Shown here: piece by piece, positions 1-6,961 of the stretch
Numbering within the stretch: the stretch's first letter is position 1
Layout: every line of letters begins with the position of its first letter
NCBI GenBank assembly: GCA_041640655.1
Contig: JBEPZV010000061.1
Location: 1 to 13,253 of the forward strand
From: a bacterium
GTDB taxonomy: Bacteria; Acidobacteriota; Blastocatellia; HR10
Length of the DNA: 13,253 bases
Direction of reading: 5' to 3'
Made by a program: the position numbers and the translations under genes
Notes under the pieces: model-generated
The model's input: the letters and a program-made list of their open reading frames with translations, nothing else
Told to the model about the DNA's origin: nothing
Databases searched by the model: none

Positions 1-1480
1 ATTGGGCGTAGATGGCATCTCGGTCGTGCTCGTGCTGCTGACGACCTTGATCGGCGTGATCGCCGTCGCGTGCTCCTGGGGCTTCATTCAGGAGCGGGTG
101 AAGGAGTACTACGTCGTCCTGCTGCTGTTGCAGACGGGTATCCTCGGCGTCTTCGTCTCGATGGACATGTTCCTCTTCTACGTCTTCTGGGAAGTGATGC
201 TCGTGCCGATGTATTTCCTGATCGGTGTGTGGGGGAGCGAGAATCGGCTCTATGCGGCGATCAAGTTCTTCATCTATACGCTCTTCGGCTCGGTCGTGAT
301 GTTGCTGGCGATCCTGAAGCTCTACTTCATCTTCCCCGACTATCTGAAGCAACCCGATGTGCAACAGGCCGTCCTGCAGGCGGCGCGCTTCATCTCGGGG
401 GAGAACCAGCCGATGTATCGCATGATCGAGTCGGCCGTGCAGCTCGGGGCGCAGGGCAAGGGGACGTTCAACATCATGGCGATGCAGGCGCTGGGGACGG
501 CGCGGCTGGGGGGTGAGCCTATTATTCCGCTCTCACTCCAGCTCTGGCTCTTCGCCGGATTCTTCCTGAGCTTCGCCATCAAGGTCCCGATGTTCCCCTT
601 CCACACCTGGCTCCCCGATGCCCACACGGAGGCACCGACGGCGGGCTCCGTCATTCTGGCGGGCATCTTGCTGAAGCTGGGGACCTACGGGTTCGTTCGC
701 TTCAATCTGCCGATCCTGCCCGACGCCAGCCGCGATCCGCGCGTCGTGCAGGTGATGGCGTTCCTCGCCATCATGGGGATCGTCTACGGCGCGCTCGTCG
801 CCATGGCGCAGCGGGATTGGAAACGGCTGGTCGCTTATTCCTCGATCAGCCACATGGGGATGATCATGCTCGGCATCTTCGCCTTCAATCCGAGCAGCCT
901 CAATGGCGCCGTCCTGCAGATGATCAATCACGGCATTTCGACGAGTGCCCTCTTTTTGATCGTCGGCGTCGTCTACGAGCGGCATCACACGCGCCTGATC
1001 AACGACTATCGGGGTCTGAGCCATGTCATGCCAGGCTTCGCGGCCGTCTTCATGATCATGACGATGTCTTCGATCGGGCTGCCCATGTTGAACGGCTTCA
1101 TCGGCGAATTTCTCATCTTGCGCGGCGTCTTCGAGGAGAATCGCCTCTGGGCGGCCTTCGCGGCGACGGGCATCGTGCTCGGGGCCGGATATATGCTCTG
1201 GCTCTATCAACGCACGATGTATGGCGAGGTGAAAGAGGACAATCGGCACCTGCCCGATCTCTACCCCCGCGAGTGGGCGTATTTCCTGCCCCTGGTGATC
1301 CTGGCCTTCTGGATCGGCATCTATCCCAAGCCGTTCTTGAGCTATTTCGAGAAGCCGGTGGCCGTGGTGGTCGAACAGGTCCGACCAGGATACTCCCAGA
1401 GGCTCTTGGAGCGAGCCGAGCGGAGCGGGGTGCTCCCGACGCGCGCACAGGCTGCTGACGGTCGTGGAGGGGGGCGATGA
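1..1480 (+). CDS. nuoM: NADH-quinone oxidoreductase subunit M (complex I antiporter-like subunit), 5'-truncated
   Basis: Hydrophobic multi-TM protein with NuoM/ND4 motifs LGVDGIS, FYVFWEVMLVPMYFLIGVWG (TM5 Glu), AIKVPMFPFHTWLPDAHTEAPTAGSVILAGILLKLGTYG (TM7/TM8 Lys), AYSSISHMG, QMINHG and GLPMLNGFIGEF (TM12 Glu). The TTG at 2-4 is the internal Leu of LGVDG, so the true start lies upstream of the window. Stop TGA at 1478-1480. Confidence 0.96.
   Translation, partial: LGVDGISVVLVLLTTLIGVIAVACSWGFIQERVKEYYVVLLLLQTGILGVFVSMDMFLFYVFWEVMLVPMYFLIGVWGSENRLYAAIKFFIYTLFGSVVMLLAILKLYFIFPDYLKQPDVQQAVLQAARFISGENQPMYRMIESAVQLGAQGKGTFNIMAMQALGTARLGGEPIIPLSLQLWLFAGFFLSFAIKVPMFPFHTWLPDAHTEAPTAGSVILAGILLKLGTYGFVRFNLPILPDASRDPRVVQVMAFLAIMGIVYGALVAMAQRDWKRLVAYSSISHMGMIMLGIFAFNPSSLNGAVLQMINHGISTSALFLIVGVVYERHHTRLINDYRGLSHVMPGFAAVFMIMTMSSIGLPMLNGFIGEFLILRGVFEENRLWAAFAATGIVLGAGYMLWLYQRTMYGEVKEDNRHLPDLYPREWAYFLPLVILAFWIGIYPKPFLSYFEKPVAVVVEQVRPGYSQRLLERAERSGVLPTRAQAADGRGGGR
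1466..1480 (+). promoter_or_regulatory. Ribosome-binding site and ATGA start/stop overlap (translational coupling nuoM-nuoN)
   Basis: GGAGG at 1466-1470, 6 nt before ATG 1477; ATGA at 1477-1480 contains both the nuoN start and the nuoM stop. Confidence 0.8.
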
Positions 1481-3024
1481 TGGGACTTCTCTTTCAGGGA
1501 CTCGATTGGCGATGGTTGGTGGATCAGGCCGTGATGTTCCTGATGCCGGAGATCGTGCTCGCGACCTTCGCCTGCATACTGCTTGTTCTCGACATCGGGT
1601 GGCGGGCGACGGAGCGCCGATGGGCGGCCTATGTGGCTCTGGGCGGCATCGGTGCCAGCGCGGCCGCGCTCGCACAGACCTATCTCAATCTGCGCGGGCA
1701 TGAGGCCGTCGGCTTCTATGAGATGTACGTCGTGGACTCGTTCGCCATCGTGTTCAAAGTGATCTTCCTCTTGACGGCAGCTCTGGCCATCGCCCTCTCC
1801 ATCCAGTTCCTTGACATCGAGCGGGAGCAGCGTGGGGAGTATTACGCGCTCATTCTCTTCGCGACCGTCGGCATGATGCTCATGGCCTCGGGCCTGGATC
1901 TGCTCGCCATCTTCATCAGCTTCGAGCTGGCCGCGGTGTCCGTCTACGTGCTCGTGGCCTATTTCAAGGGGGATCGGAAGTCGAACGAGGGCGCGCTGAA
2001 GTATTTCCTGCTCGGGATCTTCTCCTCGGGCATCTTCCTCTACGGCGTCTCGCTGCTTTACGGCGTCACCGGGGAGACGAACCTGCGGAAGATCGCCGCA
2101 GCGCTCGCGGCTGAGCAGACGCCCGGCTTTCTAGCCATCCTGGCGATGGTCTTCATCGTCGCGGGCCTCTTCTTCAAAGTCGCGGCCGTCCCCTTCCATA
2201 TGTGGGCGCCGGACGCGTACGAGGGCGCGCCCAGTTCGGTGACGGCCTTCATGTCCGTCGGGTCCAAGGCGGCGGCCTTTGCGATCTTCGCTCGCATCGT
2301 CGTCTACGGGTTGCCCACTCTGCGCGGCACGACGTCGCTGGAGAATCTGGGATGGATGGCCGTGATCGGCGCCGTCTCGGCCCTGACCATGACATGGGGA
2401 AATCTGGCGGCCATCACGCAGGCGAACGCCAAACGCCTCATGGCCTATTCTTCGATCTCGCATGCGGGATTTTTGCTCCTGGGGCTTGTCGCCGGGAATC
2501 AGACCGGATACATCGGCCTCGTCATCTACCTCTTCGTCTACGTCTTCATGAACCTCGGCGCCTGGGGGGTGATCATCGCCTTGCGGCGCGAGGGCATCCC
2601 GGGAGACCGCGTGGAGGACTTCAACGGCCTCGTTCACACGAATCCCCTGATGGCTGTCCTCATGACGATCTTCCTCATCAGTCTGGCGGGGATTCCGCCA
2701 ACGGCCGGATTCCTGGGTAAGTATTTCCTCTTCGCCGGGCTCATCGAGACGGGGAATCGGTGGCTCGCTGCGTTGGCCGTCATCGCCGTGATCAACACCG
2801 CCGTCTCGCTCTACTATTACGCTCGCTTCATCAAGGCGATGTTCATGGGGCCGGTCACCGAGCCCACGCCGCTGGCCCTGACGCCGCTCATGCGCACGGC
2901 GCTTGTGGTGGCTGCCGTGATGGTGCTGCTGGTGGGCCTCTATCCCCCACCGTGGGTGGATCTGTCTCGGTTGGCGGCTGAGCAGTTGACCGCCGTCACC
3001 CACGAGGTCATCGCCGGGTTCTGA
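1477..3024 (+). CDS. nuoN: NADH-quinone oxidoreductase subunit N
   Basis: NuoN/ND2 motifs GEYYALILFATVGMMLM, FISFEL (TM5 Glu), SNEGALKYFLLG, FKVAAVPFHMWAPDAYEGAP, GSKAAAF, KRLMAYSSISHAG and SLAGIPPTAGFLGKYFLF (TM12 Lys). Lies directly after nuoM with a 4-bp ATGA overlap and a GGAGG RBS at 1466-1470. The second ATG (1480) is an alternative start. Confidence 0.96.
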   Translation: MMGLLFQGLDWRWLVDQAVMFLMPEIVLATFACILLVLDIGWRATERRWAAYVALGGIGASAAALAQTYLNLRGHEAVGFYEMYVVDSFAIVFKVIFLLTAALAIALSIQFLDIEREQRGEYYALILFATVGMMLMASGLDLLAIFISFELAAVSVYVLVAYFKGDRKSNEGALKYFLLGIFSSGIFLYGVSLLYGVTGETNLRKIAAALAAEQTPGFLAILAMVFIVAGLFFKVAAVPFHMWAPDAYEGAPSSVTAFMSVGSKAAAFAIFARIVVYGLPTLRGTTSLENLGWMAVIGAVSALTMTWGNLAAITQANAKRLMAYSSISHAGFLLLGLVAGNQTGYIGLVIYLFVYVFMNLGAWGVIIALRREGIPGDRVEDFNGLVHTNPLMAVLMTIFLISLAGIPPTAGFLGKYFLFAGLIETGNRWLAALAVIAVINTAVSLYYYARFIKAMFMGPVTEPTPLALTPLMRTALVVAAVMVLLVGLYPPPWVDLSRLAAEQLTAVTHEVIAGF

Positions 3025-3048
3025 TTCGCTTCTTCGAAAGTCCTCCTG

Positions 3049-3109
3049 AAAAGCGCATGAGCCGAGGAGACCCTCGGCTCATGCTGAGGGGCGGGGAGAT
3101 CCCGCCCCT
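3049..3109 (-). terminator. Tandem hairpins between convergent nuoN and TBDR-1; intrinsic terminator for the - strand, possibly bidirectional
   Basis: 13-bp perfect stem GCATGAGCCGAGG (3055-3067) / CCTCGGCTCATGC (3072-3084) with a 4-nt loop, followed on the - strand by GCTTTT. Second 9-bp stem AGGGGCGGG (3087-3095) / CCCGCCCCT (3101-3109). No clear U-tract on the + strand. Confidence 0.75.
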
Positions 3110-3125
3110 GGTTCTGCGCCCACGA

Positions 3126-6100
3126 TCAGAAGATGAGTTTCAGCGCCATCTCGATCGTCCGGCGACCGCCACTGTTCTCCTGGAAGTTGAAGTAGGTGCG
3201 TCCGGCCTGCTCCACGAAGATGCTGTTGGGAATGCCGAAGGTGGGGTGGTTGAACGCGTTGAAGAGGTTCAGCCGGTATTGGATCGAGACGCGCTCGGTA
3301 ATGCGGGTGTTCTTGAAGATGCTCAGGTCCACGCCTTCGAACCGATCGCCCTGGAAGACATTCCGCCCCAGCGTCCCAAAGGGCGTCCCGAAGCGTTGCG
3401 CCGCTCCCGGTCCGTTGACGATCACCCGCACGTCGTTAGGCGTGACCGGCGTGAACACCCCACGATTGAGGTCGTTCAGCAGCCAGAAGCCTGTGGGGCT
3501 GGACCGGAGGATGGGAACGCCACCGCTCGTCCCGCAGATCGCCAGGCGGTAGAAGACGCAAGCGTCCACATCAGTGATGCCCACCCGATCAATGGGAGCG
3601 GCCGGATTCCCGTTGAACGGACGCAGGTGGGATCGCCCGATGAACGATTGGACGAAGAGCTGATCCTCATACGGGTTGATGAGCTGCTGCTGCACCGGCG
3701 TGAACCACTGGCCGCTCTGGATCTGCACGATGCCGTTGAACTGCCAGCCGCCGATAAGCCGTCCGAGGAAGCCTCGCTGATCGCGCCGGAACGGCAGGTC
3801 CCAGATCCAGGAAGCGGCGAACAGGTGGCGCGCATCGAATCCGGAGTTCCCGCGCTCGGCCCGCGTGATGTTGAGCGGATTCTGGGCTACGGTGACGGAG
3901 TTCCCCGTGTCGAAGTTGAAGACTTCACTTGAGTTGTCAATCGTGTGGCTCCACGTGTAGCTGATCAGGTAGGTCCATTGCTGCCGAATGCGCCCGTCGT
4001 ATCGCACTTGCAGCCCATTGTAACTGGCCGAGACTCCATTGATGCGCACGCGCGTGGCGCCGGAGGGGAACAGCCGTCCATCACAGATGGCCTCATTGTC
4101 CGCCGTCGCCGGGTTGTCCGTGCACGTCAGCGGCGTGACCCCGCGCGGCAAGAACTGCGGGAATCCGGGGAAGGAGAGCGTCTTCACTTGATTGTCTGCC
4201 GGATCCACATACCGAACTCCTCCGAACCCGCGGACTAAGTTCCCGATGAACGGGTTGAAGTTGACCGTCTGGAACTGCCCGACCTGATGGTTGCCGACGT
4301 AGCGAATCTCCAGCACGTTCTCGCGGAACAGCTCGCGCTGCAACCCGAACGACCACTGCTGGACGTACGGCTGGCGGAAGTCCAGGGCCGGGACCGTGCG
4401 CGCGAAGAACCGCGGGTCGAAGGTATTGAAGCGAATCACACCCGCTCGCACGGCCGCGTCGCGCACCTTATCTCCGGTCGGCACGGGGTCCGGGACCGGG
4501 AAGTTCGCCACGCTCGTCAGGAAGACGAGCGGCGACGACGTCGAGATGTTGAGCATCAGGTTGTAGAACGCCGGGTCGTAAGCGATCCCATAGCCGCCGC
4601 GAATGACCGTCTTGTCCTCGCCGAAGAGCCATCGCCCCCAGCGCGGCGTGTAGACGAAGCCGAAGCGCGGCGCCCAGTTGTTGTTGTCGGTCGGAACGCG
4701 GGGAACGATGCGAGCCGCAAGCGGCAGGTCCTGACGCCAGAAGGCGCGCTGCGGATCGCGCTCCCGCGCCACGGTGATCTCATTGAGGAGATTCATCGGC
4801 TGCCCCGTGTTCTCATATCGGATCCCGAGATTGAGCGTGAGGTTGGGACGAATCCGCCAGTCATCTTGGAAGTAGTAGAATTGATCCGTCTCATGATACT
4901 TGAGCGTCGCCGGACCAAGCGCCACCGTCAGGAAGTTGGGGGCGTTATCGGCCAGTCGCTGGGCCGTCGAGAAGGTGAACGACCCATTGACGTTGGGCAG
5001 GAAGGGCACCGAGTTGCGCAACCGGCGGATGTCAATCCCCATCTTCATCTGATGGCGTCCGACCGTGAGCGTGAAGTTGTCGTTGAACTGGAACGATTCG
5101 ACCGTGCGCCCCTGCGGCAGATTCGTCGCCGGGCCGACGGTCAGAAGCGGAGCGCCGTTGTCGGCGCGGAACGTGATGTTGAGGAACGCGAGCGCCTTGT
5201 CGATCTGATTCGGATGCGGGATGTTCCCTTTGCCGCCGCTTCCGCCACCCCCGAAGATCACGAACAGCCGCGAGAAGTTGAAGCGGAACTCATTGACCGA
5301 GCGGGTCGAGATGTTTCGCGTCCATCCGCCGCCGGCCTGCTGCGTCCGGAAGGGGATGTCGCCCGTCCATCCGCGGACATCCACCAGGAAGTCCTTCCCC
5401 GGTCGGTCCTGGATGAAGTACCGACCCCAGATGCGATCCCGATCGCCCGGATGCACATCGCCGCGCACGTTGAACTCATCCAGCCGGTTCGAGAGCGGCA
5501 CCGTGCGCCGCACAGCAGCAACTGGGACTTTCAGGTTCCCAATGGTGATCGTCGAAGCCGGGACATCCGGACGGATCGTGGGATTGCCGATCGGCAGGGC
5601 GAAGGCCGAGAAATCGGCATAGTACTGGACTGCCGGATTGTTCGGGAACGCGCTCTTCAGCATCTGAATCCCCTCGGGCGTCGGCGCCAGCGCGGTCGTG
5701 CGCAAGTCGGCGATTTGCGGATTCCGAATGAGATGACCTGCGTGGAAGAAGAAGACCTTGTTCTTCACAATCGGCCCGCCGATGGTATAGTCGAAGACGT
5801 TGACCAGATCGGGGAGCGGATCCTTCTGCCCGGCGCGCTTCTCCAGATTCGTCAACGAGTCGAAGAGCTTACGGTCGCGGTGATACCACGCCAGCGTCCC
5901 ATGAAACTCATTCGTCCCGGACTTGCTGACGATGTTAACGATGGCGCCCTGGTTCCGCCCATACTCGGCCGAGAAATTGTTAGTGATCACCTGGTACTCC
6001 TGCACGAGATCGGGATTCTGGACGAAATAGTTCGGCCCACCGATCGAGAGGTCATTGTTGTCCACACCGTCAATCGTGAAGTTATTCGAGCGCGCCCGGT

Positions 6101-6683
6101 TGCCGTTGACCGAGAGCGTCACGCCATTGGCGTTGACGTTACCAAAGCCCGTCCGAACACCGGGGAGCAGCAGCACGACCCGATCCAGACCCCCGCCGGC
6201 CACATTGATCGGGAGGTCCTGAATCTTCCGCGATTGAATCGTGGCCGAGATCTGTGCCGTATCTTTCTCGATGAGCACCTCGCCACCACCGGTCACCGTC
6301 ACGACCTCAGTGATCGCCCCGGGCTCCAGACGGAAATCCACGACCGTATCTTTCCCGACACCGACCTCAACACCGGTCACCTCCGCCGTCTTGAAGCCTT
6401 GCGCTTCTGCTCTCACGTGGTACGTGCCGGGTGGGATGCGAGAGATCGTGTAAATCCCTTCGCTGGTGGCGACAGTCTTATATTCGACCCCGGTCGCCGC
6501 GTTCTTGGCGATGACGGTGGCCCCCGGCACGACTGCCCCGGTCACGTCCATGACCGCGCCACGAAGACCTCCGGTGGTCGTCTGAGCCGCAATCGGGGTT
6601 GTCATGTAGGGCAGAAAGGTTGCCCCCAGAATCAGGCACAGTGATGCCCATACCTTCCAGGTTCTTCTTCGATGCCGCCTCAT
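3126..6683 (-). CDS. TonB-dependent outer-membrane transporter (Oar-like, N-terminal carboxypeptidase-regulatory-like domain), 1185 aa; TBDR-1
   Basis: Basic/hydrophobic signal peptide ending IAA|Q; Ig-like domain (GAVMDVTGAVVPGATV...GTYHVRAEAQGF); TonB-box-like EVVTVTG; plug motifs NNFTIDGVDNND and EYQVITNNFSAEYGRNQGAIVNIVSKSGTNEFHG; barrel motifs QDDWRIRPNLTLNLGIRYE, NNWAPRFGF, KTVIRGGYGIAY and FNAFNHPTF; C-terminal Phe (ALKLIF). RBS GAGGAGG at 6691-6697. Confidence 0.93.
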   Translation of the reverse strand: MRRHRRRTWKVWASLCLILGATFLPYMTTPIAAQTTTGGLRGAVMDVTGAVVPGATVIAKNAATGVEYKTVATSEGIYTISRIPPGTYHVRAEAQGFKTAEVTGVEVGVGKDTVVDFRLEPGAITEVVTVTGGGEVLIEKDTAQISATIQSRKIQDLPINVAGGGLDRVVLLLPGVRTGFGNVNANGVTLSVNGNRARSNNFTIDGVDNNDLSIGGPNYFVQNPDLVQEYQVITNNFSAEYGRNQGAIVNIVSKSGTNEFHGTLAWYHRDRKLFDSLTNLEKRAGQKDPLPDLVNVFDYTIGGPIVKNKVFFFHAGHLIRNPQIADLRTTALAPTPEGIQMLKSAFPNNPAVQYYADFSAFALPIGNPTIRPDVPASTITIGNLKVPVAAVRRTVPLSNRLDEFNVRGDVHPGDRDRIWGRYFIQDRPGKDFLVDVRGWTGDIPFRTQQAGGGWTRNISTRSVNEFRFNFSRLFVIFGGGGSGGKGNIPHPNQIDKALAFLNITFRADNGAPLLTVGPATNLPQGRTVESFQFNDNFTLTVGRHQMKMGIDIRRLRNSVPFLPNVNGSFTFSTAQRLADNAPNFLTVALGPATLKYHETDQFYYFQDDWRIRPNLTLNLGIRYENTGQPMNLLNEITVARERDPQRAFWRQDLPLAARIVPRVPTDNNNWAPRFGFVYTPRWGRWLFGEDKTVIRGGYGIAYDPAFYNLMLNISTSSPLVFLTSVANFPVPDPVPTGDKVRDAAVRAGVIRFNTFDPRFFARTVPALDFRQPYVQQWSFGLQRELFRENVLEIRYVGNHQVGQFQTVNFNPFIGNLVRGFGGVRYVDPADNQVKTLSFPGFPQFLPRGVTPLTCTDNPATADNEAICDGRLFPSGATRVRINGVSASYNGLQVRYDGRIRQQWTYLISYTWSHTIDNSSEVFNFDTGNSVTVAQNPLNITRAERGNSGFDARHLFAASWIWDLPFRRDQRGFLGRLIGGWQFNGIVQIQSGQWFTPVQQQLINPYEDQLFVQSFIGRSHLRPFNGNPAAPIDRVGITDVDACVFYRLAICGTSGGVPILRSSPTGFWLLNDLNRGVFTPVTPNDVRVIVNGPGAAQRFGTPFGTLGRNVFQGDRFEGVDLSIFKNTRITERVSIQYRLNLFNAFNHPTFGIPNSIFVEQAGRTYFNFQENSGGRRTIEMALKLIF

Positions 6684-6690
6684 GTCTTCC

Positions 6691-6697
6691 CCTCCTC
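6691..6697 (-). promoter_or_regulatory. Ribosome-binding site of TBDR-1
   Basis: The - strand reads GAGGAGG-GGAAGAC-ATG (7-nt spacer). Confidence 0.8.
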
Positions 6698-6739
6698 AGC
6701 TTTGGTTTTTCGATCACCAACCATGCCGCTTTAGAAGTA

Positions 6740-6755
6740 AGCAAATTATGTGCCG
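6740..6755 (-). promoter_or_regulatory. Sigma-54 (RpoN) -24/-12 promoter of TBDR-1
   Basis: The - strand reads CGGCAC-ATAAT-TTGCT, matching YGGCAC-N5-TTGCW with exact GG-N10-GC spacing. Correct orientation; predicted TSS near 6729-6730. Confidence 0.85.
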
Positions 6756-6771
6756 CAGATCGCTTTTCGAC

Positions 6772-6797
6772 TAAGCCTCTGTTATTCAGCGACTTCT
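6772..6797. promoter_or_regulatory. Conserved inter-element motif TAAGC-N14-GACTTCT, possible degenerate IHF site (TBDR-1 promoter)
   Basis: TAAGCCTCTGTTATTCAGCGACTTCT lies between the promoter and the palindromes. It contains ATTCAG-CGAC-TTC, a 2-mismatch version of WATCAR-N4-TTR. The same flanks recur at 10096-10121. Confidence 0.4.
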
Positions 6798-6819
6798 CTT
6801 CAGCACGCCGATGCGAGAT

Positions 6820-6856
6820 TTCCAGATTTTTGGAAATCTCATCCGAAATTTCGGAA
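6820..6856. promoter_or_regulatory. Tandem palindromic upstream activator sequences (putative bEBP binding sites) of TBDR-1
   Basis: TTCCAGATTTTTGGAA (6820-6835) and ATCCGAAATTTCGGAA (6841-6856), 21 bp start-to-start, about -91 to -127 relative to the predicted sigma-54 TSS. 31/37 identical to 10144-10180. Confidence 0.75.
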
Positions 6857-6961
6857 ACCTCTGAGGATTTGGAGGCCGCGGGGCGGCAGCAAGATGGCGT
6901 GCCGCGGAAGGAGGTCCTCCAATGGGGAGAGACCCCCTTCCCCGGCTTCACGCCGTCGTGT

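Noticed and set aside
533..3003. Antisense ORFs of 380 aa and 290 aa opposite nuoM/nuoN, and out-of-frame + strand ORFs
   Set aside because: They overlap well-supported nuo genes, and their His/Asp/Glu/Arg-rich translations are the expected mirror of hydrophobic codons.
4287..6644. 785-aa antisense ORF (and 3057-3932, 291 aa) opposite TBDR-1
   Set aside because: In-register shadows of TBDR-1 with no family motifs; the 3057 start lies inside the terminator hairpin.
6654..6683. Arg-rich N-terminus of TBDR-1 (MRRHRRRTWK) as a Tat signal
   Set aside because: It lacks the S/T-R-R-x-F-L-K consensus, and outer-membrane beta-barrels are normally Sec/BAM substrates.
6684..6730. Riboswitch (e.g. cobalamin or TPP) in the receptor leaders; small TTGGT/ACCAA stem at 6702-6720
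   Set aside because: Predicted 5' UTRs are only about 46 and 34 nt, with no riboswitch consensus visible; a 5-bp stem is within chance.
6820..6856. Twin palindromes as a CRISPR repeat, transposon end, Fur box or terminator
   Set aside because: Only two units with a 5-bp spacer, no cas or transposase gene, no resemblance to the GATAATGATAATCATTATC Fur box, and AT-rich stems at a fixed distance from sigma-54 elements fit an operator better.
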